Assembly (NCBI RefSeq): GCF_044353605.1
Contig: NZ_JBILBO010000008.1
Location: forward strand, 3,706 to 67,705
Direction of reading: 5' to 3'
Length of the DNA stretch: 64,000 nt
Source of the DNA: Arenimonas sp.
Lineage (GTDB): Bacteria > Pseudomonadota > Gammaproteobacteria > Xanthomonadales > Xanthomonadaceae
This document shows, piece after piece, positions 38,907 through 49,548 of this stretch (its first letter is position 1; every line of letters starts with the position of its first letter). The notes under the pieces were generated by a model. That model saw nothing but the letters and a program-made list of their open reading frames with translations. It was not told the DNA's origin and ran no database searches. The position numbers and the translations under genes were made by a program.

Positions 38907-39671
38907 TCACCGGGATTCCACCAGATGCGCCAGCTGGTTATCGATCCAGTTGATCAGCTGCAGCACTTCATCCGTATCGGCCTGCATCTGGATTTTCTTT
39001 TCCAGTGCCAATGCCAGCTTGGAGAGTGCCTCCAGACCGATGGTCGCCGCCGAACCTTTCAAGGCGTGCGCAAGATTGGCCATACCCGTGCAATCTCCTT
39101 CGGCAAGCATGTTCCGCAACTGAATGCAGTCATCGCGATGGCAGACGATGAAAGCCTCGCGGGCACGTGCCAGCGAGCCGGCATTGCCCAGGAAGCGGGT
39201 TTCGACTTCCGTTCCGGAGGACGCGTCGGCGGTTCTGGCATCGGCTTCTGGTCTTCCGCACGGCTGCAGCCAGCGGGTCAGGCAGCCCCAGAGTTCATCG
39301 GCATCTATCGGCTTGGCGAGAAAGTCGTTCATTCCCGCATCCAGACAGGCAGTTTGGTCGGCATTGCTGGTCGCGGCCGAAAGCCCGACTATTGGCTTGC
39401 TGAAACCGGACTTGCGAATGTGGCGGGTCGCTTCGATGCCATCCATGTCAGGCATCCGGACATCCATGAATACCAAGTCGGGATCGGCGGCAACGAGTGC
39501 GGAACAGGCTTCTCCGCCGGAGCCGGCCAGAACCACTTCGATGCCCGCCATCGCCAGCCATTGGCTGATGATGGTTCGGTTGAAAGCATTGTCCTCCGCG
39601 ACCAGAATACGGCGGCCACGGAATTCCTGGGGAACCGGTACGGATAGCATGGAAGGTTCGATGGCGGTCAT
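38907..39671 (-). CDS. Receiver + Hpt domain protein
   Basis: LVAEDN, FMDVRMP, AKPI, then LAHALKGSAATIG. Start uncertain. Confidence 0.85.
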   Translation of the reverse strand: MTAIEPSMLSVPVPQEFRGRRILVAEDNAFNRTIISQWLAMAGIEVVLAGSGGEACSALVAADPDLVFMDVRMPDMDGIEATRHIRKSGFSKPIVGLSAATSNADQTACLDAGMNDFLAKPIDADELWGCLTRWLQPCGRPEADARTADASSGTEVETRFLGNAGSLARAREAFIVCHRDDCIQLRNMLAEGDCTGMANLAHALKGSAATIGLEALSKLALALEKKIQMQADTDEVLQLINWIDNQLAHLVESR

Positions 39672-39783
39672 GGCAGGGATTTCATACGATTCTAGCACGG
39701 CCGCCTCGGCACTCCGAGGCTTCTGGGCTTTGGATTTTGCTTTACAATGGGCGAGGGAGTGACAAGGGCGTTTCAGACCAGAC

Positions 39784-40470
39784 ATGCATATCGGGATACT
39801 TGAAGACGAAATCACGCAACAGGAGATGTATCGCCTGTGGTTCAGTGCGGATGGATTCAACTGTGACTGTTTCGATACCGCCCAGAAATTCACCGATGCC
39901 CTGCAGTCCGCTAAATACGACATCCTGATCATCGACTGGATGGTTCCGGATGGCAGTGGTATCGATGTGCTGGCCTGGGTGCGCAAAAACATCGGATGGG
40001 ATATTCCCGTGATTTTCATCACGGCAAAGGATGCCGAGCTGGATATCGTGTCCGCTCTCAAGGCCGGCGCCGATGATTATGTCGTCAAGCCGCCGAAACA
40101 CCATGAGTTGATGGCCCGCATTGAATCGCTTGCCCGGAGATCCAAGCCGCCACAGGTTCTTAATTTCGGCGATTACCGGGTCGACCGCGAAAGGCGCTGC
40201 ATCGAAGTCGATGGCAAGGCAGTCGAGCTTACCCAGAAGGAATTCGAGTTAGTGTGTCATATGTTCCAGAGCCCCGGCGTTTTGCTGTCGCGGGTTGCCC
40301 TGCTTGAAAAGCTTTGGGGGCTGAACGCGGATGTCGATACCCGCACCGTTGACACCCATGTCAGCCGAATCCGGCGCAAGCTCGATATCGGCCCTAAGCA
40401 CGGCTGGCAGATATTCCCGGTCTATGGCTGGGGTTATCGAATCGAAAGGGTCGACAAAGCGGCGGAATGA
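39784..40470 (+). CDS. OmpR-family response regulator
   Basis: LEDE, IIDWMVP, GADDYVVKP, LTQKEF, RTVDTHVSRIRRK, YGWGY. Confidence 0.93.
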   Translation: MHIGILEDEITQQEMYRLWFSADGFNCDCFDTAQKFTDALQSAKYDILIIDWMVPDGSGIDVLAWVRKNIGWDIPVIFITAKDAELDIVSALKAGADDYVVKPPKHHELMARIESLARRSKPPQVLNFGDYRVDRERRCIEVDGKAVELTQKEFELVCHMFQSPGVLLSRVALLEKLWGLNADVDTRTVDTHVSRIRRKLDIGPKHGWQIFPVYGWGYRIERVDKAAE

Positions 40471-40583
40471 TCGCCTGGTCATTGCCGTCAATCGGCCGGA
40501 TCCGTTACCCATTATTGCCGAGGGTCAAGGAAGGCGATGTGTGTCCGAACTGAAAACTCTTGGTGGCGGGGCCGTGAGGGACT

Positions 40584-41003
40584 TTACTGTTTTGCCAGAG
40601 TCCAGCCATAACTGGTATTGAACGATTCGACCGGGCAGGCGCTGTTCCGGCTGGCGATGCTTTTTTCATCGACGAAATAAAGCTCACCGATGATATTCCT
40701 GAACGGATAGGTCTTGCAGGGGGCATCGAAACGGATGCTGACTTTGGTAACATGGCCGTCGGCGGCAGTCACCTGATCGCAGGCCTTGGGAGTCAGCAAC
40801 TCCGGCTCGTCACGGCCACGTTGGATTTTCAGCAGGCATTGGTCGGCACCGGTCATCACGATGGTGCGTTTGACTTCGATGTTGGGATCGTCGACTGGCG
40901 GTGGCCGGCTGGCCTGTGCCTCCGGCGTGCTGCTGCTGCATCCGGCGGCAACTGCCGCAAGCATGCCGATACACAGAAATTCAGTGAACGATTTCAATGA
41001 CAT
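40584..41003 (-). CDS. Hypothetical lipoprotein
   Basis: Signal peptide with lipobox VAAG-C. Confidence 0.7.
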   Translation of the reverse strand: MSLKSFTEFLCIGMLAAVAAGCSSSTPEAQASRPPPVDDPNIEVKRTIVMTGADQCLLKIQRGRDEPELLTPKACDQVTAADGHVTKVSIRFDAPCKTYPFRNIIGELYFVDEKSIASRNSACPVESFNTSYGWTLAKQ

Positions 41004-41162
41004 TGCCCCATCCCCAGTGTGTTCCCTGACTTCATAGTAGGGCAAGTCTGGGTTTTTGTGAACCGATTCACATTTTGCTCCGGGAAAGGAGCCAGTGGCA
41101 ATCCGTTCCGATCTGCCAGCATCGACTATAATCCTGAAACCTCAATCGCTTATGAGTCCGTC

Positions 41163-41561
41163 ATGTCTGAAATCCTCGCCCCCGTCTCCTTTGGTGAACT
41201 GCTGGATAAAGTGACCATCCTGCAAATCAAGTCCGAACGGATGAGTGATGCGGTCAAAGTCGCCAATGTCCGCAAGGAACTGAGCGCACTCGAAAAAACA
41301 TGGGCGGCCCATCCGGCTTCGGCGACCGATATCAGCGAATTGATGGGGCAGCTCAAGGCCGTGAATGAGCGCCTGTGGGTCATCGAAGACGATATCCGTA
41401 TCCTGGAGAAAGCCCAGCGTTTCGATGCCGAGTTCATCAAATTGGCGCGCGCGGTTTATTTTGAAAATGACGAGCGTGCGCGGATCAAGAAAGACATCAA
41501 TCTTGCGCTCGGTTCGGCGTATGTTGAAGAAAAGTCCTATCAGGACTACCGCACGCCCTGA
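41163..41561 (+). CDS. DUF6165-like protein
   Basis: PVSFGELLDKVTILQIK, LWVIEDDIR, ARAVYFEND, EEKSY. Confidence 0.8.
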   Translation: MSEILAPVSFGELLDKVTILQIKSERMSDAVKVANVRKELSALEKTWAAHPASATDISELMGQLKAVNERLWVIEDDIRILEKAQRFDAEFIKLARAVYFENDERARIKKDINLALGSAYVEEKSYQDYRTP

Positions 41562-41572
41562 GTCTCTGCGCG

Positions 41573-42616
41573 TCAGCCGTTCTCGGTGCGATAGCGTTCG
41601 AAGCGGGCGATGACATCGTCTACGCCGATCATGGCCATCACCCCGGGGAATTCGACGCGCTTGCCCCACGGCAGCGCGGCGGCCGGTTTGTCCAGAAACT
41701 GGATGGCGGCTTCCGGATAGCGATTGACCGTGTAGCGCAGATCCGAATACGGACCGGAGCGTGTACCATCGGTGCACGCATAGAGACCGAGCACTTTGCT
41801 GCCCATCGCGTTGGCCATGTGTGCCGGCCCGGAGTCCGGGGTCATCACCAAATCAGCCCGAGCCAACAGGGCCAGCAATTGTTTCAGCGTGTCCTTGCCA
41901 ATCAGATCAATCGGTTTCTCCGGCATGGCGGCGATGATCGCGTCGCCCATATCGCGCTCGAGTGCGCTCCGGCCTCCGCATAAAACCACCTGCCAGCCTT
42001 GACCCATGGCATGCGTGGCCACGGCCGCATAGCGATCGGGCAACCAGTTGCGCAGCGCATGGCTGGAACACGGCGAGATCAACAGCGTCCGTTTGCCTTC
42101 AGGCCATTGCGCGGCGGCCCAGGCATGCGCTTCCGGCGGTACCGGCAGCCCCCAAGTCACTTCCGTCTGCCGGAATCCCAGCGGATCGGCGAAAAGCCCG
42201 AACACATCGAGCACATGGTGACGGTCATGCCGGATGCGTTCGTTGACGAACAAACCGTGGCCTTCTTTGGCCCTTTCATGGTCATAGCCGATCCGGCGCT
42301 TTGCCGAAATCACCGCCGACACCAGATTCGCGCGCAGCGCCAGCTGCATCTGCAGCAGCACGTCGAAGCGTCGGCCATCCAGCGCCTGTGTCAGGTCTTT
42401 CAGCCCCTGCAGGCCGGTTTTCTTGTCGAAGGCAATCAGCTCGACGCCTTCAAGACCTTCCATCAGTTTGGCTTCGCCTTTACCGAGAATCCAGGTGATG
42501 CGGCATTCCGGCAGATTTTTCTGCAAGGTCCGGATCAACGGCAGGACATGCGTGGCATCGCCGAGTGCCGATAATCTTAAAATGCACACGGATTTTACGG
42601 CGGCGGTTGGGTTCAC
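41573..42616 (-). CDS. Glycosyltransferase family 9 (LPS core heptosyltransferase-like)
   Basis: LRLSALGD, TPDSGPAHMA. Probable GTG start at 42616. Confidence 0.9.
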   Translation of the reverse strand: MNPTAAVKSVCILRLSALGDATHVLPLIRTLQKNLPECRITWILGKGEAKLMEGLEGVELIAFDKKTGLQGLKDLTQALDGRRFDVLLQMQLALRANLVSAVISAKRRIGYDHERAKEGHGLFVNERIRHDRHHVLDVFGLFADPLGFRQTEVTWGLPVPPEAHAWAAAQWPEGKRTLLISPCSSHALRNWLPDRYAAVATHAMGQGWQVVLCGGRSALERDMGDAIIAAMPEKPIDLIGKDTLKQLLALLARADLVMTPDSGPAHMANAMGSKVLGLYACTDGTRSGPYSDLRYTVNRYPEAAIQFLDKPAAALPWGKRVEFPGVMAMIGVDDVIARFERYRTENG

Positions 42617-42632
42617 TTGGTACACTCTTGCA

Positions 42633-43364
42633 ATGATTGAACGGGATGGCCAAACCGAATGCGTCAACTTCACGGGTGCGGATGGGGTCTGCACGGTGTT
42701 GTATGCATCCCGGCTGTTGCCGGTGCCGGATGCCCGTCAGTTTAACGCAAGTGCTTACAGCTCGGCACGGCCGGTAACCGGACAGGGTGGCCGCGGTGGG
42801 GCCTGGTTTGTTGAAACGTCGACCGGCCAGGCTGTGCTGAAGCATTACCGGCGCGGTGGCCGTGCCGCCTTGTTGTCCGAGGCCTCCTACCTCTATACGG
42901 GCCTTGCGCGTGCCCGCAGTTTCGCGGAATACCGGATGCTGGCAGTGCTGCGCTGTCAGGACCTGCCGGTCCCCGAGCCGATGGCGGCGTTTTGTCTGCG
43001 ATTCGGGTTGACCTATCGGGCGGCCCTGCTGACCCGTTGCATCCCTGAAGCCCGATCCTTTGCCGATCACATCCGACAAGGCGATGCGCCATGGGCGGAG
43101 GCCGGTGCATTGATTGCGCGATTCCATCGTGCCGGCGCCCAGCACGCCGATCTGAATGCCAACAACATCCTGTGCAATGCCGACGGCTTGCATGTCATCG
43201 ATTGGGATAAAGGCCGTATGCGCGGCCGGGCCGGAATCTGGACCGGACGAGTATTGGCGCGCTTGCAGCGCTCGATTGATAAAGAATGTCCGATGGTGGA
43301 CGCTGCTGAACGCTCTGAAGGATTCCAGCGTCTGCTCGCGGCGCATAACGAGGGCTTGGCATGA
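42633..43364 (+). CDS. kdkA: Kdo kinase
   Basis: VLKHYRRGG, HADLNANNIL, IDWDKG. Confidence 0.88.
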   Translation: MIERDGQTECVNFTGADGVCTVLYASRLLPVPDARQFNASAYSSARPVTGQGGRGGAWFVETSTGQAVLKHYRRGGRAALLSEASYLYTGLARARSFAEYRMLAVLRCQDLPVPEPMAAFCLRFGLTYRAALLTRCIPEARSFADHIRQGDAPWAEAGALIARFHRAGAQHADLNANNILCNADGLHVIDWDKGRMRGRAGIWTGRVLARLQRSIDKECPMVDAAERSEGFQRLLAAHNEGLA

Positions 43365-44116
43365 ATTGGCAATTGCGCTTTCTTGGCGTCGGTAATTCGC
43401 AGGCTGCTCCGGTATTGGGATCGGCCAGTGCCGTGCTGGAGCGCGATGGAATACCGCAGCTGCTGATTGACTGCGGCCAGGAAGCCCTGACCGCCTATCT
43501 GGCGCGCTACGGGGAGGCGCCGCAGGCCATCTTCATCACGCATTTGCATCTGGATCACGTCGGTGGCCTGGAACGCCTGTTCTATACGGCTTTTTTCGAT
43601 GATGCCCTGCGCGGCAAGATCAAACTGTTCGTACCGGCAGCCATCGTGCCGGCCATGCAATCCCGATTGGCTGATTATCCGGGCGTACTGGCCGAGGGTG
43701 GTGCCAACTGGTGGGACGCATTCCAGTTGATTCCGGTCAGCACCGGTTTCTGGCATTTAGGTCTGCATTTCTCCGTGTTTCCGGTCCGCCACCATCAGCC
43801 GGATTCCGCCTTTGGTCTGCGTCTGCCCGGAAGCTTCATCTGGACCGGCGATACCCGTCCCATTCCGGAACGGCTTGGCGATGGCGTTGCGGCAGGCGAA
43901 TTGATCGCGCATGACTGCGGGCTGGACGGCAATCCTTCGCACACCGGTCTGGCCGACATCCAGCGCGATTATCCTGCGTCATGGTGGCCATCCTTGGTTC
44001 TGTATCACTACGCCTCAACTGTTGATGGTGAGGTCATGCAGGCCCAAGGCTTCCGTGTCGCTAAGACGGGTCAGGCTTTCGCCCTGCCGACGCCTGTGCC
44101 TGGACCCTTGGCATGA
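43361..44116 (+). CDS. MBL-fold metallo-hydrolase
   Basis: IDCG, THLHLDH, WTGDT. Confidence 0.88.
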   Translation: MNWQLRFLGVGNSQAAPVLGSASAVLERDGIPQLLIDCGQEALTAYLARYGEAPQAIFITHLHLDHVGGLERLFYTAFFDDALRGKIKLFVPAAIVPAMQSRLADYPGVLAEGGANWWDAFQLIPVSTGFWHLGLHFSVFPVRHHQPDSAFGLRLPGSFIWTGDTRPIPERLGDGVAAGELIAHDCGLDGNPSHTGLADIQRDYPASWWPSLVLYHYASTVDGEVMQAQGFRVAKTGQAFALPTPVPGPLA

Positions 44117-45129
44117 TGCCGCAATTACAGGCAGTGGCTCCGGCTCCCGTGACCGATGCCCTTGGTCGACCACTGCGGGATCTGCGCATATCGGTGATGG
44201 AAACCTGCAACTACCGCTGCCCGTACTGCATGCCGGAAGGTACCGTGGATGAAATGGCCCTGGGTGCCAAGCAGCGTCTGGAGTTTTCCGATATTGCGCA
44301 GATTGCACAGGCATTCGTTGCCAATGGGGTGCGTAAAATCCGTTTGACCGGCGGCGAGCCGCTGCTGCGCCGCAATCTTCCGGAGTTGATCGGCTTGTTG
44401 AAGCGGATCGATGGGCTCGAAGATCTTGCGCTGACCACCAACGGATCGCTGCTAGCCGCACAAGCCCATGCATTGCGCCAGGCTGGACTCGACCGGATTA
44501 CGGTCAGCGTGGACGCCTTGGACGAAACGCTGTTCCGGCACATGAGTGGAGGGCGTGGCAGTCTGTCCCAGGTTTTGGAGGGTATCGCCGCCGCCGAACG
44601 TGCAGGGTTCGGACCGATCAAGATCAACTGCGTGGTACAGCGGGGACTGAATGAATCCCAGATTCTGCCTTTGTTCGAGTTTTTCAAAAACCGCGGCCAT
44701 GTCATGCGTTTCATCGAATACATGGATGTCGGAAGTTGCAACGGCTGGCGCAGCGATGAGGTCGTGCCTGTCTCCGAAATCCTGGCCTGCCTGCAGTCCC
44801 GTTATGAGTTGACGCCGATGGCGCCTGCCGCGCCGGGCGAGGTCGCTGCGCGCTATGCCGTATCCGGCGGCGGCGAGGTCGGGTTCATCGCTTCGGTCAG
44901 TGCGCCGTTCTGTGGAGACTGCAACCGTGCGCGCCTCTCGGTGGACGGAAAGCTGTTTACCTGCCTGTTCGCCAGTGCCGGCTTCGATCTGAAACCGTAT
45001 CTGCGTTCGGCTGAAAGGCTCTCGACCGAAATCGGTGCCTTGTGGCGGCACCGCACCGACCGTTACAGTGAAATCCGGCATGCCGCAGATGCCCGTAAAA
45101 AAATCGAAATGTTCTTCATCGGAGGCTGA
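44113..45129 (+). CDS. moaA: GTP 3',8-cyclase
   Basis: [14 protein letters not shown]-terminal CxxC cluster, terminal IGG. Confidence 0.97.
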   Translation: MMPQLQAVAPAPVTDALGRPLRDLRISVMETCNYRCPYCMPEGTVDEMALGAKQRLEFSDIAQIAQAFVANGVRKIRLTGGEPLLRRNLPELIGLLKRIDGLEDLALTTNGSLLAAQAHALRQAGLDRITVSVDALDETLFRHMSGGRGSLSQVLEGIAAAERAGFGPIKINCVVQRGLNESQILPLFEFFKNRGHVMRFIEYMDVGSCNGWRSDEVVPVSEILACLQSRYELTPMAPAAPGEVAARYAVSGGGEVGFIASVSAPFCGDCNRARLSVDGKLFTCLFASAGFDLKPYLRSAERLSTEIGALWRHRTDRYSEIRHAADARKKIEMFFIGG

Positions 45130-45130
45130 T

Positions 45131-45628
45131 GTGGCCGGAAAGAAAAGTGGCAAACCGCAATTGACCCACATTGATGCCGCCGGACGCCCGGCCATGGTCG
45201 ATGTTGGTGACAAAGCCGTGACCGTCCGCATGGCCAGTGCCAGTGCCGATGTCCGCTTTCCAAAAGCCGTGGCCGAGCAGCTGCGAGGACAGGGCATGCG
45301 CAGTGCCAAAGGTGCCGTTATCGATACCGCCGTCATCGCCGGCACCATGGCGGTCAAAAACACCGCGCAGTGGATTCCGTTCTGCCATGCTTTGGCTATC
45401 GAGGGCTGCGTGTTCCAAATTGACTGGCAGAATAAACAGACCCTGCGCATCCTCTGCACGGTCCGCGTCACCGGCAAGACCGGTGTCGAGATGGAGGCGC
45501 TCACCGGCGCCTCGGCCGCTGCCCTGACGGTATATGACATGTGCAAGGCGCTCAGCCATGCCATCGAAATCGGGCCGGTCAAGTTGCGTGAAAAACAGGG
45601 CGGAAAACGCACGGTGTCAGCTCAATGA
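45131..45628 (+). CDS. moaC: Cyclic pyranopterin monophosphate synthase
   Basis: MVDVGDK, IPFCH, GVEMEAL, YDMCKA. GTG start. Confidence 0.95.
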   Translation: MAGKKSGKPQLTHIDAAGRPAMVDVGDKAVTVRMASASADVRFPKAVAEQLRGQGMRSAKGAVIDTAVIAGTMAVKNTAQWIPFCHALAIEGCVFQIDWQNKQTLRILCTVRVTGKTGVEMEALTGASAAALTVYDMCKALSHAIEIGPVKLREKQGGKRTVSAQ

Positions 45629-45861
45629 GCGTGACCGTCCTTTATTTCGCGGCATTGCGGGATGCGGCCGGCGTCAATGAAGAGCAGTTGCCCCGACCGG
45701 AATCGCTGCCTGAGCTTTATGCGGTGCTTTGCGGGCAGTACGGCTTCAAGCATGCGCAAAATCAGCTTCGGGTGGCCTGCAACGGCGCCTTCTGCGACTG
45801 GCAATACGTGCCATTGGATGGCGATGTCATCGCGTTCATTCCGCCGGTATCCGGAGGCTGA
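45625..45861 (+). CDS. moaD: Molybdopterin synthase sulfur carrier
   Basis: [10 protein letters not shown]-terminal PPVSGG. Confidence 0.95.
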   Translation: MSVTVLYFAALRDAAGVNEEQLPRPESLPELYAVLCGQYGFKHAQNQLRVACNGAFCDWQYVPLDGDVIAFIPPVSGG

Positions 45862-46272
45862 ATGCATTTCCGCATTACCGATTCGGCAATCGATAACCGC
45901 GCCTGGCGTGAAGCGCTAACCGATGCGCGTTGCGGCGCCTACGCGGCCTTTGAAGGCTGGGTGCGCAATCATCATTCCGGACGGCCGGTGCTCGGCCTGC
46001 ATTACGACTGCTACCCAGAACTGGCCGAGCATGAAGGTGAACGCATTCTGGCGGAAGCTCTGGCCCGTTTCGAGATCATCGATGCCCGATGCATCCATCG
46101 TGTCGGCGACTGCGCGATCGGTGACATGGCGGTATGGGTCGGGGTCAGCGCCGCCCATCGCGACGCGGCATTTGCCGCCTGCCGCTGGATCATCGATGAA
46201 GTGAAGTCGCGGGTTCCAATCTGGAAGCGCGAAGGATATGCCGATGGCGAGGCACGTTGGCGCGAGGGCTGA
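45862..46272 (+). CDS. moaE: Molybdopterin synthase catalytic subunit
   Basis: FEGWVRN, HRVG, SAAHR, VPIWKRE. Confidence 0.95.
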   Translation: MHFRITDSAIDNRAWREALTDARCGAYAAFEGWVRNHHSGRPVLGLHYDCYPELAEHEGERILAEALARFEIIDARCIHRVGDCAIGDMAVWVGVSAAHRDAAFAACRWIIDEVKSRVPIWKREGYADGEARWREG

Positions 46273-46276
46273 GGGT

Positions 46277-46385
46277 GGCAGCCCCTGCCGGTTGACCTCG
46301 TCGCCCGAATCAATCAATACCGTTGCTGCCTTCCGGCCCTGGCGGGGTTTTCAATCTATCGTCGCGAGGGCCGACAGGGGCCACC
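46277..46385 (-). ncRNA. ffs: Signal recognition particle 4.5S RNA
   Basis: Minus strand carries CCAGGGCCGGAAGGCAGCAACGG (domain IV) in a long hairpin closed by GGTGGCCCCTG / CAGGGGCTGCC. Confidence 0.88.
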
Positions 46386-46416
46386 ATTGAAACGCGGCGC
46401 TTGGCCGTATCAGAAG

Positions 46417-46509
46417 TGGCGGAGAGAGAGGGATTCGAACCCTCGAAACGGGGTTTAGCCGTTTACACACTTTCCAGGCGTGCTCCTTCGACCGCTCGGA
46501 CACCTCTCC
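46417..46509 (-). tRNA. tRNA-Ser(GGA)
   Basis: Reverse complement folds as a cloverleaf with anticodon GGA, long variable arm and CCA end. Confidence 0.96.
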
Positions 46510-46635
46510 GCAGATGTAAATCACCTGATGTGAACCGCGGATTATACGCGAGCACCGGTCTTTCCACAAGTTGCCTGCCGCTGTTCCGGGCCGGCCCAAA
46601 TATGGCAAAATGAGGCTCTGAATACGGGAAAGCCC

Positions 46636-48255
46636 ATGTCTTATCTGGTTTTAGCACGAAAATGGCGTCCGAAACGTTTCGCCGAACTGGTCGGCCAGCA
46701 GCATGTGGTGCGTGCCCTCAGCCATGCTCTGGAAACCGGTCGTGTGCACCATGCGTTCCTGTTCACCGGTACCCGTGGTGTCGGTAAAACCACCATTGCC
46801 CGGATTTTCGCGAAAAGCCTGAACTGCGAATCCGGAACATCGAAAGATCCCTGCGGCGTCTGCGGCACCTGCACCGACATCGACAACGGCCGTTACCCCG
46901 ACCTGATTGAAATCGACGCCGCCAGCCATACCGGCGTCGATGATGTCCGGGCCCTGATCGACAATGCCCAGTACATGCCCTCACGCGGGCGCACCAAGGT
47001 CTACCTGATCGACGAAGTGCACATGCTTTCGAAAAACGCCTTCAACGCCCTGTTGAAGACGTTGGAAGAACCGCCCGAGCACGTCAAATTCCTGCTGGCC
47101 ACCACCGACCCGGAAAAACTGCCGGTGACCGTGCTGTCCCGCTGTTTGCAGTTCAATCTGCGCCGGCTGGAACCCGAACAGATATCCGGGCAGATGCGGC
47201 ATATTCTGTCGGCTGAAGGCATCGGTTTTGACGCCGAATCCATCGATTTGCTGGCCGAAGCCGCCGATGGCAGTCTGCGTGATGGACTGTCCTTGCTCGA
47301 CCAGGCCATTGCCTACACCGGCGGCAGCTTGCAGGCCGAATTGGTGCAGTCCATGCTCGGTACCGTTGATCGCAGCCAGATCGAACAACTTCTGAATGCG
47401 CTCGGAGCCCGTGATGGCGAGGCGCTGATGGCGGCCATCGAACAATTGGCGTCTTTTGCGCCCGATTTCGAGCAGGTGCTCGACCGTCTGGCGCAGGCCC
47501 TGCATGAAATCCAACTGGTACAGCTGGTCCCGAATTACCGGCCTTCGCTGCAGCGCGTGCCCATCAAGACGTTTGCGCAGCATCTCGATCCCCAACTGGT
47601 GCAACTCTGGTATCAGATGGCGGTGATGGGACGCCGTGACTTGCATTTCGCACCGGGAGCACGGGTCGGATTCGAAATGTCATTGCTGCGTATGTTGGCG
47701 TTCATGCCGGCTGGAGCCGATGCCCAGCCTGTCGTAACGCGATCGGCCCCACCTGTACAGACGACGGCCAGCCCATCGCCATCCCCGGCGCCCCGTCAAG
47801 AAGCTACGGCGCCACCGCCTGCAAAACCGGAACCGGTTGCCGCGGCCGTACCGGCTGATATTCCGGATACGGCGGAACATTGGCTGCAGTTATTGGCACG
47901 TCTTGCACTTAAAGGTCCGCTCGGCCAGCTCGGCGCCCACAGCGGCTTCGTTGCCCGTAACGGCTCACAGCTGCTGCTGTCGTATCCGGCCGATTTGTAC
48001 GAGAGTCTCAGTCCGGCTCTTTGCGAACGTTTTCAGAATGCGCTGAGTGAAGCCTTCGGCAGTCCGGTGCAACTCAAATTCGAGAAACTACGCGATGCCG
48101 CGGCCGAAACCCTGCATGGCCGGCAAACCGAATCCAAACTCAATCGGCAGAATCAGGCCGAAGCCGAGTTTCAGAACCATCCGGTGGTCAACGCCCTTCT
48201 GGCCGAAGGTTCGCAGATCGTTCCGGATTCCATCCGTCCTTTGGAATTGAAGTGA
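46636..48255 (+). CDS. dnaX: DNA polymerase III gamma/tau subunit
   Basis: MSYLVLARKWRP, GTRGVGKT, DEVHML, LSRCLQF. Confidence 0.98.
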   Translation: MSYLVLARKWRPKRFAELVGQQHVVRALSHALETGRVHHAFLFTGTRGVGKTTIARIFAKSLNCESGTSKDPCGVCGTCTDIDNGRYPDLIEIDAASHTGVDDVRALIDNAQYMPSRGRTKVYLIDEVHMLSKNAFNALLKTLEEPPEHVKFLLATTDPEKLPVTVLSRCLQFNLRRLEPEQISGQMRHILSAEGIGFDAESIDLLAEAADGSLRDGLSLLDQAIAYTGGSLQAELVQSMLGTVDRSQIEQLLNALGARDGEALMAAIEQLASFAPDFEQVLDRLAQALHEIQLVQLVPNYRPSLQRVPIKTFAQHLDPQLVQLWYQMAVMGRRDLHFAPGARVGFEMSLLRMLAFMPAGADAQPVVTRSAPPVQTTASPSPSPAPRQEATAPPPAKPEPVAAAVPADIPDTAEHWLQLLARLALKGPLGQLGAHSGFVARNGSQLLLSYPADLYESLSPALCERFQNALSEAFGSPVQLKFEKLRDAAAETLHGRQTESKLNRQNQAEAEFQNHPVVNALLAEGSQIVPDSIRPLELK

Positions 48256-48262
48256 GAATGTT

Positions 48263-48583
48263 ATGAGAGGCAATATCGCCCAGATGATGCAAAAAGCCCA
48301 GCGCATGCAGGAAAACATGCAGAAAGTGCAGGATGAGCTGGCACAGATGGAAGTGACCGGACAATCCGGTGGCGGTGCGGTCAAAGTCACCTTGACCGGC
48401 AAATTCGAAGCCCGCAAAGTCGCTATCGACCCCGGCGTTCTTGGCGATGCTGAGATGCTCGAAGACCTTCTTGTCGCGGCCGTCAATGATGCCGTGGCCA
48501 AAGCCAATGAGGAAAGCAACAAGCGCATGGCTGCGGTCACCGCCGGTATGCCGCTGCCGCCGGGAATGAAGCTTCCGTTTTGA
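48263..48583 (+). CDS. ybaB: YbaB/EbfC nucleoid-associated protein
   Basis: [18 protein letters not shown]; located between dnaX and recR. Confidence 0.95.
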   Translation: MRGNIAQMMQKAQRMQENMQKVQDELAQMEVTGQSGGGAVKVTLTGKFEARKVAIDPGVLGDAEMLEDLLVAAVNDAVAKANEESNKRMAAVTAGMPLPPGMKLPF

Positions 48584-49179
48584 GCCAGAGTGACCTGCTG
48601 AGTCAGTTGATGGAATCCCTTCGCTGTTTGCCTGGCGTGGGCCAGAAGAGCGCGCAGCGTATGGCCTATCATTTGCTGGAGCGTAATCGCGAGGGCGGCA
48701 TGCGTCTGGCCACTACATTGCAGGAGTCCCTGAAGCGCATCGGCCATTGTGTCCAATGCCGTGATTTCACCGAACAGGAATGCTGCACCATCTGTGCCAG
48801 TGCCGCCCGTGATTCCTCGCAGCTGTGTGTGGTGGAAACCCCTGCCGACCGGTTGGTGATTGAGTTGGCCACCGGGTATCGCGGACTTTATTTCATCCTG
48901 CAAGGACGGCTGTCGCCCTTGGACGGAGTCGGTCCGCGCGAACTCGGTCTCGATAAACTGGCCAAGCGCCTTGCCGAAGGCGTGATTACCGAAATGATCA
49001 TTGCCACCAATCCGACCGTGGAAGGCGAGGCGACCGCGCACTATCTGGCGCAGCTGGCCCGGCAGTTCGAGGTAAAGCCTTCCAAGCTCGCGCATGGCGT
49101 GCCGATTGGCGGCGAGTTGGAATACGTCGACCGCGGCACCCTGGCGCACGCGTTCGGCACCCGCATCGACATGCCCTGA
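48580..49179 (+). CDS. recR: Recombination mediator RecR
   Basis: [12 protein letters not shown]4 zinc finger, [11 protein letters not shown]. Confidence 0.97.
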   Translation: MSQSDLLSQLMESLRCLPGVGQKSAQRMAYHLLERNREGGMRLATTLQESLKRIGHCVQCRDFTEQECCTICASAARDSSQLCVVETPADRLVIELATGYRGLYFILQGRLSPLDGVGPRELGLDKLAKRLAEGVITEMIIATNPTVEGEATAHYLAQLARQFEVKPSKLAHGVPIGGELEYVDRGTLAHAFGTRIDMP

Positions 49180-49187
49180 GGATCATC

Positions 49188-49532
49188 ATGAGTGACAGCA
49201 TCTTCGAAAAAATCATCAATCGCCAGATTCCCGCCGACATCGTTTTTGAAAACGAGGACATCATTGCTTTCCGCGATATCGCGCCGCAGGCCCCGGTACA
49301 CGTGTTGTTTGTACCCAAGCGCCGCTTCGATACCCTCAATGATGTTCCGGACTCCGAAGCGCAACTGCTTGGCGGGCTGATACTGGCGGCAAAGGCCTAC
49401 GCCAAATCCATAGGAATTGCCGATGACGGCTACCGCGTGGTGATGAACTGCAATCGCAACGGCGGGCAAACCGTGTTCCATATCCACATGCACCTGCTGG
49501 GCGGCGCGCCGCTGACCGGTGGCTTTGCCTGA
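49188..49532 (+). CDS. HIT-family nucleotide hydrolase
   Basis: FRDIAPQAPVH, HIHMH. Confidence 0.93.
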   Translation: MSDSIFEKIINRQIPADIVFENEDIIAFRDIAPQAPVHVLFVPKRRFDTLNDVPDSEAQLLGGLILAAKAYAKSIGIADDGYRVVMNCNRNGGQTVFHIHMHLLGGAPLTGGFA

Positions 49533-49548
49533 GCAAGGCAGGGCGGAT

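Noticed and set aside
38778-39647. 289-aa plus-strand ORF spanning the att site; also the 384-aa extended version of the REC-Hpt ORF
   Set aside because: The first is antisense to REC-Hpt and crosses the att and terminator; the extension overlaps the opposite-strand response regulator.
43361-46272. MBL hydrolase coupled to moaACDE as a possible novel pathway, or a Moco riboswitch
   Set aside because: To my knowledge this order is common in Xanthomonadales, and moaA overlaps the upstream stop, leaving no leader for a riboswitch.
46636-48255. Programmed frameshift producing the DnaX gamma subunit
   Set aside because: No A-AAA-AAG slippery site or long A run seen.
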